Source of the DNA: an uncultured Dehalococcoidia bacterium
GTDB lineage: Bacteria > Chloroflexota > Dehalococcoidia > SZUA-161
Assembly: GCA_964524995.1 (NCBI GenBank)
Contig: CAZGDV010000003.1
Span: 1,029-65,028 of the forward strand
Length of the DNA stretch: 64,000 bases
Reading direction: 5' to 3'
Positions 28,713 to 36,756 of this stretch are shown here, one piece after another. The first letter of the stretch is position 1. Each line of letters opens with the position of its first letter. The notes beneath the pieces were generated by a model. It was not told the DNA's origin, ran no database searches, and saw nothing but the letters and a program-made list of their open reading frames with translations. The translations under genes and the position numbers were made by a program.

Positions 28713-30004
28713 TGCAGGTCCTGCTCGTCCAGGGCGAAGAGCTCACACACGGTCTGAACGAATTCGCCGTCTCGATGCCCGTTTTCTCTCAGAGACTTGA
28801 TAGGTTGGTGGAGGAGTCGGCTGACAATCGCCCTGGTCATAGCATCCAGGACCTCACGTTCCTCTTCCGTGTAATTGGGCAGCTTCTTCAGCGAGGCATT
28901 GAGCTGTCGTTCCCTGATCTGATTGGCCATCTGGTTAAGCGCGCTGATCACAGGCTTGGTCTCCAGGTGTTCCCACCATGCAATAAACGTCTCGGTTTCG
29001 TCGTCGACTATCTGCATGGCCCTGTCGATCTCCTTCTCCCTGTCCCTGCGATTCATCTCGGAGACTTCGTCGAGGTTGTCGATGTCATACGCGTAGACAC
29101 CCTGGATGTCTTTGACCTCGGGTTCGACGTCTCGAGGTACTGCGATGTCGACGATGACCAGCGGCCTGCCGCCGCGAGCTGGCATAAGGGACTCCACCGC
29201 CTGGCGCTGCACGACATAGTGAGGAGCACCCGTGCAAGTGATGACTATGTCGGACACCTGCATCTCTGCATACATGTCGTCGATGCCGATGGACCTCCCG
29301 CCCAGGAGTGCTGCCAGCTCGTCGGCACTGACGACGGAGCGACTCGCCACCGTTATCTCACATGCGCCCCTGTCGCACAGGGCCCTGGCCACCAGTTTGC
29401 CAGCTTCGCCAGCCCCGATGAGAAGGGTCTTGCAGGAGCTGACATCGCCGACCACCTTCGCTGCGAGGTCGACGGCCACCGAGCTCACGGAAAGCGCGTT
29501 TCTGCTGAGCCCGGTCTCCTCCCTCACGCGACGACCGGTGCGGACTGCGTATTGGAACAGCCTGCGTAGAGGCAGATTGACCATGCGGGCACGATCGGCA
29601 TCCTCCAACGCCTGCCGCACCTGACCCAGTATCTCGTGTTCTCCGACAATCATTGAATAAAGGCCCGATGCCGCTCTGGCCAGGTGCCTGGCCGCCACGT
29701 AGTTGCGCGAGGAGTATAGATACGGTTCCAGTTCCTCGTCTGTTATCCTCGCCCTGTCTGTCAGGAAGCGCCTCAAAGAGTTCTCAGCGGTCCCCTTACG
29801 GTCATCGAGCGCATACAGTTCAGTCCGGTTGCAGGTAGCCAGTACTACTCCGTGCGGAACGTAGTCCTTCAGCGTTTCGAGAGCCTCCTGCATTTGCGCC
29901 TTCGGGATACTCAGCCTCTCGCGGATGGCAACCGGCGTTGAGCTGTAGTTGACGCCGATAACGCACAGCTGTGGTCCGGCGAGTTGAGCGGTCCTACGCG
30001 TCAT
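28709..30004 (-). CDS. hemA: glutamyl-tRNA reductase
   Basis: LATCNRTELY active-site motif and GAGEAGKLVARAL NADPH fold. Confidence 0.95.
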   Translation of the reverse strand: MTRRTAQLAGPQLCVIGVNYSSTPVAIRERLSIPKAQMQEALETLKDYVPHGVVLATCNRTELYALDDRKGTAENSLRRFLTDRARITDEELEPYLYSSRNYVAARHLARAASGLYSMIVGEHEILGQVRQALEDADRARMVNLPLRRLFQYAVRTGRRVREETGLSRNALSVSSVAVDLAAKVVGDVSSCKTLLIGAGEAGKLVARALCDRGACEITVASRSVVSADELAALLGGRSIGIDDMYAEMQVSDIVITCTGAPHYVVQRQAVESLMPARGGRPLVIVDIAVPRDVEPEVKDIQGVYAYDIDNLDEVSEMNRRDREKEIDRAMQIVDDETETFIAWWEHLETKPVISALNQMANQIRERQLNASLKKLPNYTEEEREVLDAMTRAIVSRLLHQPIKSLRENGHRDGEFVQTVCELFALDEQDLQ

Positions 30005-31641
30005 TGAGAGTTCCTCCCCAATCGGTCCAGTAATTCCTGCTTGGCATGCTCGCGGCGACCCGCACGTAGCAGACCCAGCAGTGTATCCAGGTCGAGAGCC
30101 TCCTGCCAGTCATCGTGAGGCACCTCGGTTGCACTCGCCTTCAGCTCTGATCGCACCTCAGCGACCATATCTACAAGCTCGGCGTATTCAGGCCCGAAGG
30201 CATCCTGCAGGTCCGTCCTGATCTTGCGTGCCAGCGCCGGGCTCTTGCCACTCGTCGATATGGCCAGTGTCAGGGCCCCACGCCGCACATATGATGGGAC
30301 GACGAAGCTGGAGAGCCGGGGAACATCGACCACGTTGACTAGAATACCCCTCTCGTGTGCCTCGTCCGCCACCTGTTCGTTGGCCACGGCATCATCTGTG
30401 GCTGCGATCACGACTACAGCGGATTCGAGATCACCCCGCCGATACGAACGCCGACGGGTTCGAATGGTTCCTTGCCGGGCCATCTCCTTCAGCTCGGCGC
30501 ACAGGTCGGGGCTGATGACATCGACGTCGGCGCCAAACTCCCTAAGCATGTTGACCTTCCGCAAGGCCACTGCACCGCCCCCAATCACCACGCAACGCCT
30601 GTGCCTGATGTCGACGAACGCCGGGTAGTAGGAAAGCACCGAGTCGTTCCCGCCCGGACGCTCGTAGCGAACGCGCTCCTTCTTGAACTCCCTGACCGAG
30701 AACAGCACCCTGTATTCCTTGATGCCGGTGGCAGCCGAGATACGATCGATTGTGTCGAGGCAACCATCCCTGGTCCTGCCGTGGACCATCGTGAACATAT
30801 TGTATGGCCAGTCGGCGTTGGTCCGGCGCTCGTAGCAATGACTTACTTCCTTGAACCCGGACATTGTGAGGCCGGCCTCGTCCACTCTCCCCGCCGGAAC
30901 AACCCAGGCAACCATAGTATTCGCCTTGAGCCCGGCGCTCCGATGTCTGAGCGCAGCGCCGTATCGTCTTATTACGCCATGATCCTTCAGATGCTGGCAC
31001 TGGGCGATGTACTGATCGATGGACATGCCGGCGCGGCGTGCGGCGGCATCGAATGGCCTGGCTGTGACCGGTGCGTCACGCTGCAGCTGTTCGATTACGG
31101 ACCAGTCCAGCGCTGTCAGTTGCCCGTTCTGCCTTTGCACAGGAGGGATCGATGTGGCTGTGTCCCCAGAGCCGGTCAGGTCGAAGGCGGCGCTTATCTT
31201 GAAGAGGCGCAGGGCAGGCAGCTCGAATATGGCTGTGGGGCGAATTGCCGATCTCAGGCTATCAACCTCGCGGCTTCTATCCTGTGCTTTGGGCAGGGAC
31301 AGCGTGAACCACAGGTTGTAGTAATCTCTGCGCTGGTAGTTGTGGCTCACGCCGGGGTGGCGGCTGACTACTTGAGCCGCCTCCTCCAGACGGCGCGGCG
31401 GAATCCTCGCAGCGACGAGCGTCGTCGTATAGCCGAGGGCAGATGGCTCCAGTACAGGGCCAATTGTTCTTATGATGCCTTCGGCCTTCAGACGTCTCGT
31501 TCTTGTGATGACGTCCTTCTCCGTGAGACCGATCTTGCGGGCAATGTCGAGGTATGGTCGCCGGTCCAACGGGAAATCCGACTGCAGCGCATTCAGCAGC
31601 TCTCGATCGACCCTGTCCAATCTCGTGCTATCGCCTGACAT
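30001..31641 (-). CDS. triple fusion: sirohaem decarboxylase AhbA-like + AhbB-like (two Lrp/AsnC-type units) + precorrin-2 dehydrogenase/sirohydrochlorin ferrochelatase (SirC/CysG-N-like)
   Basis: Two tandem NirD/L/G/H-like units (RELLNALQSDFPLDRRPY...; WSVIEQLQRDAPVTARPF...), then VVIGGGAVALRKV Rossmann and TSGKSPALARKIR motifs. Start set at the ATG at 31641, 1 nt after the upstream stop. The longer ORF to 32082 overlaps the upstream gene. Confidence 0.8.
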   Translation of the reverse strand: MSGDSTRLDRVDRELLNALQSDFPLDRRPYLDIARKIGLTEKDVITRTRRLKAEGIIRTIGPVLEPSALGYTTTLVAARIPPRRLEEAAQVVSRHPGVSHNYQRRDYYNLWFTLSLPKAQDRSREVDSLRSAIRPTAIFELPALRLFKISAAFDLTGSGDTATSIPPVQRQNGQLTALDWSVIEQLQRDAPVTARPFDAAARRAGMSIDQYIAQCQHLKDHGVIRRYGAALRHRSAGLKANTMVAWVVPAGRVDEAGLTMSGFKEVSHCYERRTNADWPYNMFTMVHGRTRDGCLDTIDRISAATGIKEYRVLFSVREFKKERVRYERPGGNDSVLSYYPAFVDIRHRRCVVIGGGAVALRKVNMLREFGADVDVISPDLCAELKEMARQGTIRTRRRSYRRGDLESAVVVIAATDDAVANEQVADEAHERGILVNVVDVPRLSSFVVPSYVRRGALTLAISTSGKSPALARKIRTDLQDAFGPEYAELVDMVAEVRSELKASATEVPHDDWQEALDLDTLLGLLRAGRREHAKQELLDRLGRNSQ

Positions 31642-31642
31642 A

Positions 31643-32737
31643 TCAAGTACCTGCTGCCGTCCTGGCTGGTTGGTAGATGCAATAGGGCTCAGACTCGAGG
31701 TAGTCCCCGGTGGCTTCGTAGGCGCGGGCTCGGCACCCCCCGCAGGCGCGCCTGTATTCGCAGATGCCGCACTTGCCGCGTATGTTGGAGAGATCGCGGA
31801 GGTTTTCGAATACGGGTGACTGCGCCCATATCTCCGCGAAACTGGCTTCTCGAACGTTCCCCGCCTCCACATCCAGATAGCCGCACCCCTGGACCCGACC
31901 GACGTGCGATATGAAGCAGAAACCCGTACCCGCGAGGCAGCCACGTGTAAACGTATGCATGGGGTGGCTGGATCGTGCCGGTGAAAAGCCTCTCTTCCTC
32001 CTCTGTGCCACAATGCGGAAGTAGTGGGGTGCGTCGGTGGGCTTAATGGATATGCGCTCTCCCATCTCATCCTGTTTGTCACAGACCCAGTTCAGTATCC
32101 GCTCGTACTCATCGGCTGGCAGTTCTACGTGCGCCAGGTCCTTGCCCCTGCCCGTAGGCACCAGCAGGAATGGATGGAATGCGACCGCGCCCAGGTCAAG
32201 TGACAATGCGAGCAGGTTGTCCAGATACTGCACGTTCAGCTTCGTTATCGTGCTGTTTATCTGGATTTCCATGCCGGCACGCTGTGCAGCTTCGATTCCC
32301 GAAACGGCTTCCGAGAAAGCCCCCGTCTTGCCCCTGAACTCATCCTGAAGCTCTGCGAATGGGAAATCGATGCTGACACCCACTCTCGCAACGGGGACAT
32401 CGGCCAGACAGCGCGCCACACCATCGGTGATGAGGGTGCCGTTGGTGCCGAGCACTACGCGCAACCCTCTACCGGTTGCGTACTTCCCGATCTCCAGGAT
32501 GTCATCCCGATATAGAGGTTCACCGCCGGTGAGAATCAGAATCGGTTTGCCAACCTCGAGAATGCTGTCGACGACGCGGAAACATTCCTCAGTCGACAGC
32601 TCGTTATCGTAGTCTATATCCTCGGCTGCCGCCCTGCAGTGTGCGCAGAAGAGATTGCATCTCTTGGTGATCTCCCACGCCACAAGCTGGAGGCGAGGCT
32701 CCAACCGGTCCCGGTCCGAGTCAGTCCTATCCGCCAA
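31643..32737 (-). CDS. radical SAM/SPASM NirJ-like enzyme (AhbD- or AhbC-type)
   Basis: CNLFCAHC radical SAM cluster. C-terminal CX2CX5CX20C auxiliary-cluster motif (CGICEYRRAC...PYC). Its position is within the ahb operon. Confidence 0.8.
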   Translation of the reverse strand: MADRTDSDRDRLEPRLQLVAWEITKRCNLFCAHCRAAAEDIDYDNELSTEECFRVVDSILEVGKPILILTGGEPLYRDDILEIGKYATGRGLRVVLGTNGTLITDGVARCLADVPVARVGVSIDFPFAELQDEFRGKTGAFSEAVSGIEAAQRAGMEIQINSTITKLNVQYLDNLLALSLDLGAVAFHPFLLVPTGRGKDLAHVELPADEYERILNWVCDKQDEMGERISIKPTDAPHYFRIVAQRRKRGFSPARSSHPMHTFTRGCLAGTGFCFISHVGRVQGCGYLDVEAGNVREASFAEIWAQSPVFENLRDLSNIRGKCGICEYRRACGGCRARAYEATGDYLESEPYCIYQPARTAAGT

Positions 32738-33896
32738 GGCCGATCTCCTGATCCGTGAGGTAGCACGCCGGGTCTTCCTGCCACATGTCGTCGTACACCG
32801 CTTCAGCTCTGGCTCTGAGGTTGCCGTTGCAGATGTGCAGGTACTGGCACTTCGAGCACCTGCCTTTCAGCAGGCCCTTTCTATCCTTCAGCCCCCGCAT
32901 GACCGGATTGGTGGTATCGAGCCAGATGCCGCCGAAGTCCCTCTCGAGGACGTTGCCGAGTGTAACATTGCGCCAGAACTGGTCGGGATGTACATCGCCT
33001 CTCTCGTTGACGGCCGCGATCAGGACGCCGGAGTTGTTGCCTCCGTTTCTACTCAGCAGGCTGAGCACGTTGTCGGCCCGGCCTGGGTCGGCGTCTCTCA
33101 GCTTCTGGTAAAGATAGACACCGTCGGCATGGTTGCCCACCGTCAGTATCTCCTTGCGCAGGCCTCGATCGTAGAAGTCTCTGGTGCGGTCGAAGATCAA
33201 GTCCATGACCTGCCTAGCCTGATCATGCGAGAGGTCTGTCTCGCGAAGGTCATTGCCACGGCCGGAGTACGCGAGGTGGTAGAAGCAGACACGATCGATT
33301 CTCTCCCGCTCCACCAGGTCCAGCACGGCAGGCACCTCTTGATGGTTGGCCCGCGTAATGGTCATCCTCAGCGACACGCGTTGCCCTCGCTCCACGCAGT
33401 AGCGCACACCACGTAGTGCCCTCTCGAAGGCTCTTTGCACACCCCGGAAGCGATCGTTGACATCTCCGACGCCGTCAAGGCTGATCCCGACCTCGCGGAA
33501 GCCAATCCGGGTCATGGCGTCCGCGGTCTCCGGGCTGATCAGAGTGCCGTTTGTCGACACGACGACGCCCAAGCCTTTCGACCCGGCGAACTCCGCGAGT
33601 TCGAGGAAGTCCTTCCGCATCATCGGCTCCCCACCGGAGAACAGGAGGACGGGCACACCGAATCGCGCAAGTTGCTCGATGAAGCGCTTGCCCTGCTCCG
33701 TGGTCATCTCCGAGTTCGTCTCGTCGCTCAGGGCGTCCGCGTAGCAGTGAACGCATTTGAGGTTGCAGCGCCTGGTACAATTCCAGACGACGATGGGGCG
33801 TTGGGAAGACCTCGCGGAGGGGTCGCCGTCGGTGCCGTACCGGAGGTGATCGCCGGGACCAATACCGTCACACAGCAGCCTCGATATCGAAATCAA
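32727..33896 (-). CDS. radical SAM NirJ-like enzyme (AhbC- or AhbD-type)
   Basis: CNLKCVHC cluster motif, an N-terminal ISRLLC...LRYG extension, and C-terminal CSKCQYLHIC...PAC. Confidence 0.8.
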   Translation of the reverse strand: MISISRLLCDGIGPGDHLRYGTDGDPSARSSQRPIVVWNCTRRCNLKCVHCYADALSDETNSEMTTEQGKRFIEQLARFGVPVLLFSGGEPMMRKDFLELAEFAGSKGLGVVVSTNGTLISPETADAMTRIGFREVGISLDGVGDVNDRFRGVQRAFERALRGVRYCVERGQRVSLRMTITRANHQEVPAVLDLVERERIDRVCFYHLAYSGRGNDLRETDLSHDQARQVMDLIFDRTRDFYDRGLRKEILTVGNHADGVYLYQKLRDADPGRADNVLSLLSRNGGNNSGVLIAAVNERGDVHPDQFWRNVTLGNVLERDFGGIWLDTTNPVMRGLKDRKGLLKGRCSKCQYLHICNGNLRARAEAVYDDMWQEDPACYLTDQEIGLGG

Positions 33897-34618
33897 GTGT
33901 TGGCACCTCCGCCGTCAAGACCTCGATCGGCCTGACGATTCTGGTAGGCGTCCACCAGCGAAACCAGGACGGCATCGGTCAGCTGCGTGACCAGAGGCAT
34001 CGCCTCGGCGGCCCTCTCATTCACTGATTCGCGTCCCTTGATCAGGTCGTTTGCGAGGTTCAATAGTGTGGAGCGATGAAGGATGAAGGCCTCGAGTGAG
34101 TCGGTCAGGGAAAGGCCGTTGTCGAACAGGTACTCGCCGAACTCGCGGCCGACCTCACGGGCCAGGTCGAGAGCCTCCGACTGCTTGCCCGGCCTGGTAA
34201 TGCTAAGAATCACCAGGCCGTGTATCCGTCTGCCGAGCTCTCCCAGCCGGGCCCTGGACTGCTGGTCCAGTTGGTGGTACCAGCTCGCACTCGCGAAGCG
34301 GGTGTGGGCGAGCTCAAGCTCGATCGAAGGTGCCTGCTCCATCCTGGCAATCAGGTCCCTGATTCCATGCACCTTGCGCTGAGTGCCCATGAAGCCCAGC
34401 ACGTCGGACTCAACGTATCTGCGGTGTCCGCCGGGCGTGACAAATGCCTTGATCTTGCCCTCGTCGGTCCATTGGCGAAGGGTCGTCTCGTTCACGCCCA
34501 GCAGTTTGCTGGCCTGACCAATGGAGAGAAGAGTGCGTTGCTTCTGGGACTGGCGTGCTCGCATGTCAGCGACTCTGTTTGGCTTGGTCATCTGGGAGGC
34601 AGACCGGAAACTCAGCAA
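33893..34618 (-). CDS. MerR/excisionase-type HTH transcriptional regulator with uncharacterised helical C-terminal domain
   Basis: HTH LLSIGQASKLLGVNETTLRQWTDEGKIKAFVTPGGHRRY. 4-nt overlap with the first ahb gene. The start is uncertain (TTG at 34618 or ATG at 34591). Confidence 0.7.
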   Translation of the reverse strand: MLSFRSASQMTKPNRVADMRARQSQKQRTLLSIGQASKLLGVNETTLRQWTDEGKIKAFVTPGGHRRYVESDVLGFMGTQRKVHGIRDLIARMEQAPSIELELAHTRFASASWYHQLDQQSRARLGELGRRIHGLVILSITRPGKQSEALDLAREVGREFGEYLFDNGLSLTDSLEAFILHRSTLLNLANDLIKGRESVNERAAEAMPLVTQLTDAVLVSLVDAYQNRQADRGLDGGGANT

Positions 34619-34649
34619 AACTGCCGAAATCTATGGAAATCTAGGTGAT

Positions 34650-34678
34650 ACATTACCACACACCGCCAGTTGCTGCAA
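34650..34678 (-). promoter_or_regulatory. candidate sigma70 promoter (TTGCAG-17 nt-TAATGT) for the MerR-ahb-hem operon
   Basis: The reverse complement reads TTGCAG (34673-34678), a 17-nt spacer, then TAATGT (34650-34655), about 30 nt upstream of the ORF start. Confidence 0.4.
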
Positions 34679-34846
34679 GGGTGTGAATACCCAAAAGGCG
34701 ATGGCCTGTAGGATCAACACACTCCCCACGCCGGTGTGGCATCTACGTAGGGCCGATGGGTAGTCCATCTTACGGCGGCTGCCGAGTCGAGGATGGGAAT
34801 GGGGCGGGCCGTCGGTTGGCCAGCGCTGAGGAGGGGGATGAGAGCC

Positions 34847-35782
34847 TCAGTCCGCCGTAAGGCTGTCGGCGGTGTGACAGCCCGACAGGCATACCTCGCG
34901 GCTGTCGAGCCACAGGAGCGTGCTACCCTCGGGCCCCTCGGATGCGTCAGGGTATTGGACGGCGCTGGACACGGGTCCCATCGACGCCGTTGTCCCGTGC
35001 ACCACATGGCAGTCGAGACAGCCGTTCGATGTGGTGGGATGCCTGTATGCGAAGACCTGATCACCGGAGGGAGCGGTCGACGAATGGGGCCCCGCGAGAT
35101 ATCTCGTGTGACATTGAGCACACCATTCGTCCAATTCCTGCGGGGCGTAGGAGACGTCGCGGTAGTTGTCAGAGGTGTAGCCAATCGAATACACCGGCGT
35201 CGGCTCCTCATCGGGAACGTTCACCGGCGTCGCCGAGTCCCTGTCTTCCATTCCGTAGGGCCTGCCCCGCAGGAGCCTGTAGTTGTCATTGCCATGAGGG
35301 TCGTGGCAGTCGGTACAGGTTAGGCTATGCGATATACCGTAGTCAGCGGTTGACGACTCGATGTCCCCGCTACCCCACATGGTGCCCGGCGTCGCCCCGT
35401 CATAGGTGTGTGTGGATGTGACTTGTCCCACTTCCGATATGCCGTCGTGGTCGATGTCCATGGTGGCCGTGAGGAAACCGCCACCCCTGAGGCCGGAGCC
35501 GCTGGGGCCGTATGTATCGCCGGCCAGGACCCCGTGCAGGACGTCTGTTTCCGCGCCGCTGCCGTCATGGCAGGCCAGGCAGATGTCGTCCTGGTTCGGC
35601 CCCGGTTCGATTGGCACGACTTCACCCGACGAGAGGACTCGGTGGCAGAGCGCGCAGGTGTCGCCGGAGGCCATGTGGCCCCGGTCGTGCAGTTCATTGT
35701 CGGCGAGCAGGACGCCGGCTGAGACGAGGACCACCGTGAGCGCCCCGATCAACCCGACAAGCCAACGGAGACTCTTCTGCAT
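34847..35782 (-). CDS. hexahaem c-type cytochrome, paralog C (core module only)
   Basis: Signal peptide from the ATG at 35782 (MQKSLRWLVGLIGALTVVLVSAGVLLA|DNELHD). Five CXXCH plus a terminal CLSGCH. Collinear with the N-module of paralogs A, B, D and F. Confidence 0.85.
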   Translation of the reverse strand: MQKSLRWLVGLIGALTVVLVSAGVLLADNELHDRGHMASGDTCALCHRVLSSGEVVPIEPGPNQDDICLACHDGSGAETDVLHGVLAGDTYGPSGSGLRGGGFLTATMDIDHDGISEVGQVTSTHTYDGATPGTMWGSGDIESSTADYGISHSLTCTDCHDPHGNDNYRLLRGRPYGMEDRDSATPVNVPDEEPTPVYSIGYTSDNYRDVSYAPQELDEWCAQCHTRYLAGPHSSTAPSGDQVFAYRHPTTSNGCLDCHVVHGTTASMGPVSSAVQYPDASEGPEGSTLLWLDSREVCLSGCHTADSLTAD

Positions 35783-36370
35783 TCCTGATAACCTGAGTAT
35801 CCATACCCTCTGCCCTGCGCGGTGCGATGTTGTCTCGAGATGAGACAACGCCCTCAGTCACAGATTGTCGTCTGCCTGGAGTCCCCGAACAATCTTACCT
35901 GCGTACCTTTTCCCTCTTACCTTCGTCACCTCGGGCATGACCAGGTGAGAACACGGCTGTTGCGGGCAACGCTCCGATAAGGGGGCCGTGGGGGGCTCGA
36001 TCGGGCAGTACTTTCAGCCCTTGTGCATACCAGTCAAAGCGGCTAAACTAGAATAGGTACGAATGTACCCCCTGGCAGAGTCGATGACGGCGGGCCTACT
36101 CGTGTCGGCGAGACGGGCGGTGCTAGCCAAGCATTGTGATACTTGCGGAGGGGCGAAGGTACTGGTGACAATACGGTGCGTTCCTCGGCGGCTTGAGCGC
36201 CGAGATAACGCTTGTGATTATCGGGGGTTCAGGGCGGCTCCAGCTCACGACCTAGCTGTCTGCCACATCGAGTACGGCTGCGTGGTACAGAGGCGATTGG
36301 TCAGCACCTTCCCGTCACAGTCAAGGCGGTGGGACTGCGGGCAGCAGCCGAATGCCGGAGGAACGTCGCC

Positions 36371-36754
36371 ATGAAGAAGGGCATCATCATAGGGGCCATC
36401 GTTGTGGTCGCAGCCCTGGGTGCGCTGCTGTATCTCAGCTTTGGCAACTCCGTAACATACTACGTGACGGCCAGCGAACTCCTGGCGGAGGGCTCCGCCA
36501 GATATGATTCGAATGTGAGAGTGACGGGCTACGTTGGCAACGGGACTATCGACTGGAACCCGCACGATCTACTGTTGCGCTTCACCGTAGAAGAGGGGGG
36601 CGCTTCCCTGCCTGTTGAATACGAGGGACTGAAACCGGACGCATTCATCGCGGGGGCGGAGGTGTTGGTTGAGGGCAAGTACCACTCCGATGGGATATTC
36701 CGGGCCAGCAACCTCATGATGAAATGCCCTTCCAAGTATTCTTCTGAGGAGTAG
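36371..36754 (+). CDS. ccmE: cytochrome c maturation haem chaperone CcmE, Cys (CxxxY) variant
   Basis: N-terminal TM anchor plus an OB-fold-like body. C-terminal MMKCPSKY where canonical CcmE has HDENY. GGAGGA RBS 8 nt upstream of the ATG at 36371. Confidence 0.85.
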   Translation: MKKGIIIGAIVVVAALGALLYLSFGNSVTYYVTASELLAEGSARYDSNVRVTGYVGNGTIDWNPHDLLLRFTVEEGGASLPVEYEGLKPDAFIAGAEVLVEGKYHSDGIFRASNLMMKCPSKYSSEE

Positions 36755-36756
36755 GC

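Noticed and set aside
30001-32082. The full 693-aa ORF as the real AhbAB-SirC gene
   Set aside because: The first 147 codons overlap the upstream radical SAM gene in another frame and have a low-complexity composition. The ATG at 31641 sits 1 nt after the upstream stop and precedes the first recognisable domain. Similar N-terminal over-extensions were trimmed for hemL, pgi, tkt, gnd, ccmE, the FeS subunit and paralog C.
24992-33896. Absence of hemB as evidence that the haem operon is defective
   Set aside because: hemB is often encoded elsewhere. A 64-kb window cannot establish absence.
36063-36374. 103-aa ORF in the paralog C / ccmE intergenic region
   Set aside because: It has no RBS, an Arg/Cys-rich unstructured-looking sequence, no motif, and it overlaps the ccmE start.
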